Assembly (NCBI RefSeq): GCF_018389705.1
Contig: NZ_CP065581.1
Coordinates: 630,001 to 662,000, forward strand
Source of the DNA: Mycoplasma mycoides subsp. capri
Lineage (GTDB): Bacteria; Bacillota_I; Bacilli_A; Mycoplasmatales; Mycoplasmataceae
Length of the DNA stretch: 32,000 bases
Reading direction: 5' to 3'
The stretch's first letter is position 1. Every line of letters begins with the position of its first letter. The notes beneath the pieces were generated by a model. It saw nothing but the letters and a program-made list of their open reading frames with translations, was not told the origin of the DNA and did no database searches. Shown here in pieces: positions 21,908 to 30,722 of the stretch. The position numbers and the translations under genes were made by a program.

Positions 21908-22666
21908 TTATTTATTATTGTTTTGTTTTAAAGAATGATAAATTCCATAAAGTCTTTTAACTTCATGAGTTTTTAATTCACGATATTGACCTGGTTTTAA
22001 ATCAGCAATTTCTAAAAATTCAATTTTAGTTCTTTTTAGCTTTAAAAGTTGAGCTTGAATAGATTCAAACATTTTTTTAACATGATGTTTTTTGCCTTCA
22101 TTAATAGTTAGTTCTACAATTGAAGTATTTTTTAATTTGTCATATTTAACTAATTTAGCACTATAAGCTTTTGTTAAATAATCATTATCAATATATACAC
22201 CTTTAATTAATTGGTTTATTTGTTGTTTATTAACTTGGCCTTGACAAAGACCTTGATATGTTTTTAAAAACTCATATTTTGGATGCATTATAAAATTAGA
22301 TAACACCCCATCATTTGTCATTAATAATAAACCACTAACATCATAATCTAATCTTCCAACTGGATAAACTCTATGATTTAAATCTTTAAAAAAATCATTA
22401 ACAGTTTTTCTTTTTTTAGGATCATACATAGTAGTTAAAACTAGTCTTGGTTTATAAAATAAATAATAATATTTTTGATTATTTGAATCAGATAAAACTA
22501 ATTTATTATCTATTTTAATTTCAGCTTTAGGATCAATTTTTACTCCTAAAGTATTAATGATTTGATCATTAACTTTAACTCTATTTTCTAAAATTAATTT
22601 TTCAGCAGCTCTTCTTGAACAATACCCACGAGAACTAATTACTTTTTGTAGCCTTTCTAAACTCAT
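21908..22666 (-). CDS. Pseudouridine synthase, RsuA/RluB family
   Basis: N-terminal S4 domain (RLQKVISSRGYCSRRAAEKLI) and catalytic GRLDYDVSGLLLMTNDG motif. Confidence 0.85.
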   Translation of the reverse strand: MSLERLQKVISSRGYCSRRAAEKLILENRVKVNDQIINTLGVKIDPKAEIKIDNKLVLSDSNNQKYYYLFYKPRLVLTTMYDPKKRKTVNDFFKDLNHRVYPVGRLDYDVSGLLLMTNDGVLSNFIMHPKYEFLKTYQGLCQGQVNKQQINQLIKGVYIDNDYLTKAYSAKLVKYDKLKNTSIVELTINEGKKHHVKKMFESIQAQLLKLKRTKIEFLEIADLKPGQYRELKTHEVKRLYGIYHSLKQNNNK

Positions 22667-22733
22667 TTTTTCTCCTTAACTAATAATAAGGTTATTAGAT
22701 GCTTTGTTTATAATATCAAATAAATAAACAAAG

Positions 22734-23369
22734 CTATTGATTTTGACTATCTAAATTAAAATCATCAATATTACCATACAAATCAAGATTTTGTTGTTCT
22801 TGCTTTATTTCATTATTATTTTCTATAGCTTGTTTAATATCATCATCACTAATTGTTGGTAGTTCTTCAATCCCACCTTTTATATTAAACACTTTAAAAA
22901 AGTTATCTGTTATTCCATACAAATTACTTCTATTATTTTCAAGATCTTTTCCAACTACTTTAATTAGTTTTTTTTCTCTTAGTTTATATAGTTGATAAGT
23001 TGAATCAACATTTCTAATTTCATCAATTTGTTGTTTTGTAATTGGTTGTTTGTATGCAATAATTGATAAAACTTCTATAGTTGAATGAGATAACTTTTTA
23101 TTTTCATTATATTGTTCTAATTTAGCAAAATATTCATGTAATTCAGGTTTTGTTTGTAATCTGTAATTATTTTTTTTATAAGTTTGAATACAAAAAGCAG
23201 AAGATGGATCTGCTAAATATTTTTTATTTAATTGGATAATGATTTCTTTAATTTCAGTTGGTTTTAAATTATCTAAAACAGTTTGAATATCTAATAAAGA
23301 AACACCATCATCACCATAAATAAACAATAACCCTTCAATAATAGCACTATATTGTTGATTCATTTGCAA
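22734..23369 (-). CDS. scpB: Segregation and condensation protein B
   Basis: IIEGLLFIYGDDGVSL, ...LSHSTIEVLSIIAYKQPITKQQIDEIR..., located downstream of scpA. Confidence 0.85.
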   Translation of the reverse strand: MQMNQQYSAIIEGLLFIYGDDGVSLLDIQTVLDNLKPTEIKEIIIQLNKKYLADPSSAFCIQTYKKNNYRLQTKPELHEYFAKLEQYNENKKLSHSTIEVLSIIAYKQPITKQQIDEIRNVDSTYQLYKLREKKLIKVVGKDLENNRSNLYGITDNFFKVFNIKGGIEELPTISDDDIKQAIENNNEIKQEQQNLDLYGNIDDFNLDSQNQ

Positions 23370-24183
23370 TCACCTCTAGTTGTTGAGCAATTAAGTTTTC
23401 ATTTTCAATTACTTCTTTTCTTAAAGATATATAGATTTGATCATCTATACTATCAATTACTAAAATTTGATATCTCACTAAATCTAAAACTGCTAAAAAT
23501 ATCACAACAAAGTTTTTTAAATTTAGTTCTAAGATTTCTAGTAATTCTTCTAGTTTTCATTCTTTAAGTTTTTGAGAAGTTATTTTATTAACTACATCTA
23601 AAATCACTTCATGAACTGTTAGACTTGGAGTAGTTAAAGTTTGATAAATTTCAGTTTCTAAATCAAAATCAGCTTGGTATTTAAAAGCATTTGAATTAGT
23701 AATTACACTATAAAAAATTTCAGTTAATTTGTCTAAATCTAAATCATTTAAATCAATTAAAGGATCTGGATTTTCAAAAACTAAATCTTTTTTAAAGTTT
23801 TGTTTTGATCTTTTTTTTGAAAAAGTTTGTAAATAAGCTTCTTGAGCATTAAAAAGTCTGTCAGAAATTTCTTTAATTTGGTTATATTGACTAATTTGAT
23901 AAACTAAATCATCATAATCAACTACTTGTTCTTGATCTACTTGTTGATCTTTAAATAATAAATGTCGAGATTTTAATTCAATTAGTTGTGATGCAATAAT
24001 TAAATATTCACTAGCAATTTCAATATCTAGTTGTTGATTTTGTTTAATATATGCTAGATATTGATCAACAATTTCTATTAAACTTAGTTCAATAATATCT
24101 AGTTTTTTTTCTTTAATCATTAATCACAATAATTCAATTGGACCTGAAAATTGGTCAATTGTTAATTCTTGTCAGTGTTTCAT
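23347..24183 (-). CDS. scpA: Segregation and condensation protein A
   Basis: Hand translation MKHWQELTIDQFSGPIELLWLMIKEKKLDI.... Extended across TGAs on both sides of track ORF 23557-24120. TAG at 23347; overlaps the scpB start by 23 nt. Confidence 0.8.
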
Positions 24184-24192
24184 ATTAGCTTT

Positions 24193-24954
24193 CTATAAGT
24201 TAGTTGAATTGATTTCAAGTAATTTATTAATCTCATAATTTGTTTTAAAATCTAAAGTAATTTGAATAAAAATCCTACAAATAATTATAAATAAACACTC
24301 TAATTCAAATACTAAATTTACTAAATAATCTGAATTATCTAAATTAGTTTTTATTTCTAATAAGTGGTTAAAAATTCAAGAGTGTTTTACAAGTTTAAAA
24401 AACTGTTCACTTCTATATTGAGTCCCTCTTGTTTTAAAAAAAGCATAACTTAAATTAGTAAAATCATTTATAAAACTAGAGCGCTTAAACTCATTTAAAT
24501 TTGGTTTTAAATTATATTTTAAATTTAAGTAATTAATTTTTTTAATTAGTTTATTAAATATAGAAAATACATATAAATACATACTAGTTAAACTATGTAA
24601 CTCACTATTTTCTAATAAATAATTCTTTTTAGGATCATCATAAAATTGATGATCTAAACTTTGTTTTATATAAAATAATAAAACTGGATTTAATTTATTA
24701 AAAATATCAAAATTAAAAAAAGCATTTCTTGTAAATAAAATTGCTAGTAAAGTTTTTAATAAATATAACAAATAATAAAACTGATCATTTTGATTGATTA
24801 AATCATCTTTTAAATTCTTTTTTAATAACACATCATCAATCACGTTTGTTAAATAAATACAAATATCAAATAACTGGTCTTGAGAAAGTTCTTTTTTTCT
24901 ACTCATTTTAATTAGTTCATTTAATTTAGTAGTAATTAATTCATATTCAGTCAT
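24193..24954 (-). CDS. Hypothetical protein
   Basis: Track ORF 24376-24954 extended across a TGA to the TAG at 24193; 253 aa; no recognised motif. Confidence 0.55.
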
Positions 24955-24971
24955 ATTAAACTCTTTTCTTT

Positions 24972-26471
24972 TTATTCTCTAATTAATCTAGTAATCATTT
25001 TTGATTGAATATCTGATTTAGCTAAACTTGTCATTTTTAATTTAATTTGTTTTAAATCCATATATTCAGCAATAATATAGTTTGCAGTTCATATAAATGT
25101 TGTTAGATAAATTCCTAATAAACAAAAAATTAATATACAGCAAATATAATAAACTTCAGTAATTTTTTTAATAAATAAATAGTTTTTATCTAAATCAGTA
25201 TTATTAATTACTTCAAATACTGATTTAAATATACTAAATAAACCAATATTATTAACTTTACAAATACTAATTACTAAATATCAAACTGATAAAGTTAAAA
25301 ATGTAACTGTTAAAAAAGTAGATAAAACAGAAACTTTAGTACTTCTATAATCTCACATTAAAGCAATGCCAAATCATAAATAAAACATTACAAAGAAAAA
25401 TAAACCAAACACTCACATCATTATTGTTAGTAAATAAATATTATGAATAAAAGTAATTAGAATTACTCCAAACATCGTTAGACTAGTTAGAATAGAAATT
25501 GATTTAACAATTCCAATCACTTTAATAACTAGTTTATAAAATAAATAACCTAATAATAATTGTCCTAAAACAAAACTTAATCTAAATGATTGTAAGTAAT
25601 TTCAGACATTTAAATTAGTATATGATTGTTGTTTTAATTTACTTACTAAAAATAGTTCAAAAATATCTGATTTAATAATTACATTAACACTTGTAATTAA
25701 AAAACTCATCACAATTAAACCAATTAAAACTTTATAATCATATCTTTGTAATTGTTCAACTATATCTTCTTTATATTTAATAACTTTGATTTTTCTTTCT
25801 TTTACAAATATAGAAACTACTAAACAAATAATTAAACAAACTAAACTTAAACTAAAAATTATTCAATTTGTATAACTATTATGATTAGAAATTAGATTTA
25901 AGTTTAATAAACTATAAACTTCATAACTAATAAAAGTTGCAAAACTTATAACAAATCCAGCTTTTATACTACTAAAAACTGGAAATAATCTTTCATTAAA
26001 CTGTTCATTAAAAAATAAAAAGTAAATAATTTGAGCTGAAATGCCTACTGCTAAAAATAAACTAATAAAAATAATACTTGTTATATTTACATTACTTAAA
26101 AAAGCAATCATTACACTTAAAAAACAGCTAAATAAACTAATTCAAATTCAAATTCTTCTACTTTGTAATTTTAAAGTTAGTCATAATGCAAATGGATTCA
26201 GAATCGTTGCGTATAAAAAATAACTACTTAAAAAAAGTAAAATAGTTAAAGTAGAACTTGAAAATGTTTTTAAAATTGGTGAATCAATATAATTTGTAAT
26301 TATTTGAATTAAAAAATTAATTACAATTCAAAAACTACTAATTTCTAAATAAAATAATCCTTTTTGTTTAGAAATGCTATTTTTATAAAATAAATAACTA
26401 GCAACAATTAATCAAATCACTATTAATAAAGGATTTATTATATATAAATCTCAACTAAACAACTTATTCAC
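24972..26471 (-). CDS. Polytopic membrane protein (about 10+ TM spans), probable GTG start
   Basis: Hand translation shows one continuous frame, open from the TAG at 26487 down to the TAA at 24972, with many TGA = Trp codons inside hydrophobic spans. No ATG lies near the 5' end; candidate starts are GTG at 26471 or 26474. The 5' boundary is uncertain. Confidence 0.55.
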
Positions 26472-26754
26472 CACTTCTCTAATTAACTATTTATATTATA
26501 AATAAAAGCATATAAATAAAAGTTAAAATTAGTTATAAAACTCAGTTTATAGTCATAAAATTTAGCTATTTGCTTTTAATTAATAATTATAGTTTAAAGT
26601 TTAGAAATTAAAATTCTAATTTAGATTTAATAACTATACAAAATGTAAAAAAGTTTTATTTAGAAGATTATTAAAAATGAAAATGAGTAAATAATAAATA
26701 ACCATTCTTAGTCAGATTACTTGAAATATTAAAATCAGTATGGTATGTTAATAA

Positions 26755-26775
26755 TATAAATATTTTATATTTATA
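26755..26775 (+). promoter_or_regulatory. Conserved 21-bp palindrome (promoter/operator), copy A
   Basis: TATAAATAT-TTT-ATATTTATA, with perfect 9-bp arms; contains TATAAA/TATATT -10-like hexamers. Confidence 0.6.
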
Positions 26776-26873
26776 CGTTGATTGCGAAGAAGGTTCACTG
26801 AACGAAGGCTTCCGGCGGTGAAGCCAGAAATAAATAGAACCAAAAATAGAACTCCTTTTAGGGTTCTTTTTTT
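26776..26873 (+). ncRNA. Candidate small RNA or leader, class 1, copy A (upstream of P1)
   Basis: G+C-rich body. Helix GGTTC (26792-26796) / GAACC (26837-26841) encloses hairpin GGCTTC-cggcggt-GAAGCC (26807-26825). Terminator AGAACTCC-tttt-AGGGTTCT plus T7 ends at 26873. The 5' end is inferred. Confidence 0.6.
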
Positions 26874-26926
26874 ATATATAATTAGTATCTAATTAGAAAG
26901 ATAAACTAAGATTTATTAGTAGTTTA

Positions 26927-27655
26927 ATGTTTGGTACAGTATTTAGATTTAGAAATTTAGATAATACATTACCAATAACAAGAGATAGATATTTTGAACC
27001 TATAGATACCAGTGGTAAAAAACTTCACCGTCCTTATGTTGTTTTTTATTCTGATGATAAGGTTTATTATTTATCTGTTAAAACATTAAAAAAAAAAGAA
27101 AATGAAGCTTCTGTTTATAGAAACCAAGATACTAATGTAATCTTATTAAATAAAACTGTTTATTATGAACCAGTTAAAGGTGAAGCTCTTGGTAATGTAA
27201 TAGATTGTTCATCTGTAAATATAATGGATAGAAAATTATTTGAACAATTATTTGAAAAAGACAGTTTTAAAAATAATTACCAACTAGCTCCTTGAATTTA
27301 TGATCAAGTAATGAACAAACTTTATGAAAATAAAAATAATTTAGTCTTCCATGAAGTAACTGGTTTTAATGACAACAAGGTTGAATGAATGATTGATAAA
27401 ACAAAAACTGAGCAGGGTCGTTTAGAGTATGAAAAATGACGAACAAGAGTTGAAAAAGTAATCACAACTGTAATAGAAATTTATCATTCAATTTCAAGAG
27501 ATGATATAGAAAAAAGATTAAACAATCAAGAAGAATACGTTAAATTTATTAGTCCAATCTATTATGATGAATTAGAATACGTTTATAAATCTTTTGAAAT
27601 AGATGATAAATGAGAAGAATATCAAAAAAGTAATTCTAATAAGCATAAGATGTAA
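26927..27655 (+). CDS. P1: PemK/MazF/ToxN-like N-terminal domain protein with a helical C-terminal domain (candidate toxin)
   Basis: Track ORF 26927-27295 extended across 4 TGA codons (every codon hand-translated) to the TAA at 27653; 242 aa. Motifs GTVFRF, HRPYVVFYSDDKVYYLSVKT and GNVIDCSSVNIMDRKLF. Confidence 0.8.
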
Positions 27656-27796
27656 TTAAGATTATAGGGGTTCTTTTTTTTATACTTATTGGGTATCGCT
27701 TCCTAATATATACTAAGTAAATGTAAAATATAAATATATAAAATAGTTTGCTTGCTATTAATTACAACATCAAAAATTATTATGATATAGTTAAAG

Positions 27797-27817
27797 TATA
27801 AATATTTTATATTTATA
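27797..27817 (+). promoter_or_regulatory. Conserved 21-bp palindrome, copy B
   Basis: Identical TATAAATATTTTATATTTATA. Confidence 0.6.
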
Positions 27818-27916
27818 AGATTGGTGGTTGTAGTTCTTCCGGCCCTGTCTACCATTTGAGATGACGAAATTGAGAATAGAACTAAGTTAGAACTCTCTTA
27901 AAGGAGTTCTTTTTTT
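27818..27916 (+). ncRNA. Candidate small RNA or leader, class 2, copy B (upstream of P2)
   Basis: TGGTGG / CTACCA helix. AGTTCT (27832-27837) is complementary to two AGAACT copies (27878-27883 and 27889-27894). Terminator AGAACTC-tcttaaag-GAGTTCT plus T7 ends at 27916. Confidence 0.6.
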
Positions 27917-27958
27917 ATATAATTTAGTTATATATCTTAAAAAAATAGTAGGTATCAA

Positions 27959-28897
27959 ATGGGTATAGAAGCAGGTAAAATCTATAAAAATCGAAACCAA
28001 GAATATAATTTTTTTATAGCAAAAGATAAAGATGATGAAGTAATTAAAGGTCATGGTATAAATAGACCATTTATTATATTTTATAGTGATGATAAAGTTT
28101 ATTACTTATCTGCTAAAAGTATTAGTAAAAAGAATAGAAAAAAAACTTTAGCTGATAAGTTTAATGTTGTTTTTAAAACAGATCTATATGGAGAAGATAA
28201 AGAAGTAGCTATAAATTGTTCAGTTATAAATATAATGGATAGAAAATTATTTGAAAGTTTATATGTTAAAGATGATGATATGAACAATTTTCAAACTACT
28301 CCATGACACTATGATAAGATAATGGGAACTTTATATAGATATTTTGATGAAATAACATATGCTGAAGCTTCACATATTGATAATGATACGCAACAATTAG
28401 TGTGAAAATCTACTTTAGAATCTAAATTAAATAAATTAGATTGTTTAAAAGTAATCAAAGGGTATAACTATCTTTTATTTGAAAGTGATATATCAAGAAA
28501 AGAGTTGCTAGATAATCCTGATAAATTTTTTAGTTTAGTTACAAGCTTTTATGAAAGAGTTAAATTTGAAACTCAAGAAGATTTTGATGAATATGTTATT
28601 ACACACCAAGAAATGGAATCTATCAAATATGAAGTGCACATTAAAAATGCAATTAAAGAACTAAAACAAAATCTAGAAAAAGAAAAAGAACAACATAAAC
28701 TATTAGAACAAGAGATAGATGTTGTTAAAAAACTAAATTATAAAAATAGTAAAATACAAGAGATGAACCAAGAGCTTAAAGATTGAGAAGAATTAGTTGA
28801 AATATCATCACATAAAACAAATAAAACTAATTCTGATAAAAAAACTGATGAACCAGATAAACCTAAGCAAAATCAATCTAGCAAGCTTAAAATGTAA
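27959..28897 (+). CDS. P2: divergent paralog of P1/P3 (candidate toxin) with a longer Glu/Lys-rich C-terminus
   Basis: Track ORFs 27959-28306 and 28505-28786 are in frame; the junction was hand-translated across TGAs. 312 aa; TAA at 28895. Motifs GKIYK, NRPFIIFYSDDKVYYLSAKS and AINCSVINIMDRKLF. Confidence 0.8.
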
Positions 28898-28952
28898 TTA
28901 AAACTATAATATCTTACTATATATTAAGTAAGTAATAAAGATATAATAAAGA

Positions 28953-28973
28953 TATAAATATTTTATATTTATA
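28953..28973 (+). promoter_or_regulatory. Conserved 21-bp palindrome, copy C
   Basis: Identical TATAAATATTTTATATTTATA. Confidence 0.6.
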
Positions 28974-29070
28974 GGTTGAGCGGTAGCAAGTTCATCTAAA
29001 CCGTGACTTCCGGCGGTGAAGTCTAAATAATTTGAACTAAAAATAGAACTCCTTTTAGGGGTTATTTTTT
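28974..29070 (+). ncRNA. Candidate small RNA, class 1, copy C (orphan, in tandem with D)
   Basis: AGTTCA (28989-28994) / TGAACT (29033-29038). Hairpin GACTTC-cggcggt-GAAGTC (29005-29023). The terminator 3' arm is weakened (GGGGTTA) and followed by T6. Confidence 0.55.
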
Positions 29071-29188
29071 ATACTTAATATATACTAAGTAAGTATAAAA
29101 TATATTATAAAATATGAACTTTATGCATATTAAATAATTTATTTTGATGTTATTTTCAAATACAAAAATTAATATGATATAGTTAAAG

Positions 29189-29209
29189 TATAAATATTTT
29201 ATATTTATA
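29189..29209 (+). promoter_or_regulatory. Conserved 21-bp palindrome, copy D
   Basis: Identical TATAAATATTTTATATTTATA. Confidence 0.6.
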
Positions 29210-29307
29210 CATTGAGCGGCAGTGGGTTCATCTGGTCATGGCGTCCGGAAGTGATGCCGAAAATAATTGAACTAAAAATAGAACTCCTTTTAGGGGGTTC
29301 TTTTTTT
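29210..29307 (+). ncRNA. Candidate small RNA or leader, class 1, copy D (upstream of P3)
   Basis: GGTTCA (29225-29230) / TGAACT (29268-29273). Hairpin GGCGTC-cggaagt-GATGCC (29240-29258). Terminator AGAACTCC-tttta-GGGGGTTCT plus T7. Confidence 0.6.
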
Positions 29308-29345
29308 GTATAATCAATATGTAATAGAAAGATAAACTAAGATTT

Positions 29346-30092
29346 ATGAATAGTGGAATGTACGGTAAAGTGTTTAGATTTAGAAATTTAGATAATACAT
29401 TACCAATAGCAAGAGATAGTCTTTTTAAAAATATACCAACTGATAATAGTAAACTTCACCGTCCTTATGTTGTTTTTTATTCTGATGATAAAGTTTATTT
29501 TTTAAATGTTAAAACACTAAAAGAAAAAAATAAAAATAATGTTGATAAGTACATAGATACTAATGTAATCTTATTAAATAAAACTATTTATAATCAACCA
29601 ATTAAAGGTGAAGCTCTGGGTAATGTAATAGATTGTTCAGTCGTAAATATAATGAATAGAAAATTATTTGAACAACTTTACCAAGAAGATGAGTATTATA
29701 ATAACTATCAATTAGCTCCTTGAATTTATGATCAAGTAATGAATAAACTTTATGAGAATAAAGATAATTTGATAGTTCATCAACTCAAAGCTTTTGATTT
29801 TGAAAATAATAAAACTCTTTGATATGAAACTACAAAATCTAATGACAAGCAAAATTCAACTGATAACAATAAGTGATTAGCTAGAGCTAAAAAAGTAATC
29901 ACAACTGTAATAGAAACTTATCATTCAATTTCAAGAGATGAAATAGAAAAAAGATTAAATAATCAAGAAGAATACATTAAATACATTAGTCCAATCTATT
30001 ATAACGAATTAGAATACGTTTATAATTCTTTTGAAATAGATGATAAATGAGAAGAATATCAAAAAAGTAATTCTAATAAACATAAGATGTAA
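29346..30092 (+). CDS. P3: close paralog of P1 (candidate toxin)
   Basis: Track ORF 29346-29723 extended across TGAs to the TAA at 30090; 248 aa. The C-terminal 70 aa are nearly identical to P1 (KVITTVIE.YHSISRD.IEKRLNNQEEY...DDKWEEYQKSNSNKHKM). An alternative start is the ATG at 29358. Confidence 0.8.
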
Positions 30093-30094
30093 TT

Positions 30095-30119
30095 AAGACT
30101 ATAATATAGTCTTTTTTTT
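30095..30119 (+). terminator. Rho-independent terminator of P3
   Basis: AAGACTATA-a-TATAGTCTT followed by a T-run. Confidence 0.7.
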
Positions 30120-30234
30120 ATACTTAATATATACTAAGTAAGTATAAAATATTATAAACATATAAACTTTATGCATATTAAATAATTATTTTGATATTAA
30201 TTGCAATACCAAAATTATTATGATATATTTAAAG

Positions 30235-30255
30235 TATAAATATTTTATATTTATA
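30235..30255 (+). promoter_or_regulatory. Conserved 21-bp palindrome, copy E
   Basis: Identical TATAAATATTTTATATTTATA. Confidence 0.6.
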
Positions 30256-30353
30256 CGTTGAGTGGCAGTGAGTTCATCTGGTCATGGCGGACGATTGGTG
30301 AAGCCGAAAATAATTGAACTAAAAATAGAACTCCTTTTAGGGGTTCTTTTTTT
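30256..30353 (+). ncRNA. Candidate small RNA, class 1, copy E (orphan, inner hairpin disrupted)
   Basis: Same outer GTTCA/TGAAC and terminator as copy D. The inner hairpin 5' arm reads GGCGGAC against the 3' arm GAAGCC, so only GGC/GCC can pair. Confidence 0.5.
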
Positions 30354-30468
30354 ATACTTAATATATACTAAGTAAATATAAAATATAAGAATAATATAAA
30401 CTTTATACATATTAAATAGTTTTCTTGCTATTAGTTGCAATACCAAAATTATTATGATATAGTTAAAC

Positions 30469-30489
30469 TATAAATATTTTATATTTATG
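30469..30489 (+). promoter_or_regulatory. Conserved palindrome, copy F (last base differs)
   Basis: TATAAATATTTTATATTTATg. Confidence 0.55.
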
Positions 30490-30588
30490 ATATCGGTGGT
30501 TATAGTTCTTCCGGCCATGTCTACCATTTGAGATGACGAAATTGAGAATAGAACTAAGTTAGAACTCTCTTAGAAGAGTTCTTTTTTT
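30490..30588 (+). ncRNA. Candidate small RNA, class 2, copy F (orphan)
   Basis: Near-identical to copy B (GGTGG/CTACC, AGTTCT, two AGAACT). Terminator AGAACTCT-cttaga-AGAGTTCT plus T7. Confidence 0.55.
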
Positions 30589-30701
30589 ATACTTAATATA
30601 TACTAAGTAAATATAAAATATATTAGAACGTATAAACTTTGTATATGTATTAAGTATTTTTTTATTTTTGCAAGTCCAGAATTAATATGATATAGTTAAA
30701 G

Positions 30702-30722
30702 TATAAATATTTTATATTTATA
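30702..30722 (+). promoter_or_regulatory. Conserved 21-bp palindrome, copy G
   Basis: Identical TATAAATATTTTATATTTATA. Confidence 0.6.

Noticed and set aside
26776-26873. G+C-rich bodies as tRNA, tmRNA, SRP or RNase P genes
   Set aside because: I could fold no cloverleaf and found no GTTCGAAT-type T-loop or acceptor/CCA logic. At about 100 nt with a terminator, the elements do not fit the housekeeping RNAs I know.
29026-29190. Small peptide ORFs in the inter-module spacers (for example around ATGAACTTTATGCATATT)
   Set aside because: They are very short, lack an RBS, and are interrupted by TAA/TAG in most copies. Their conservation is better explained as spacer or promoter-upstream DNA.
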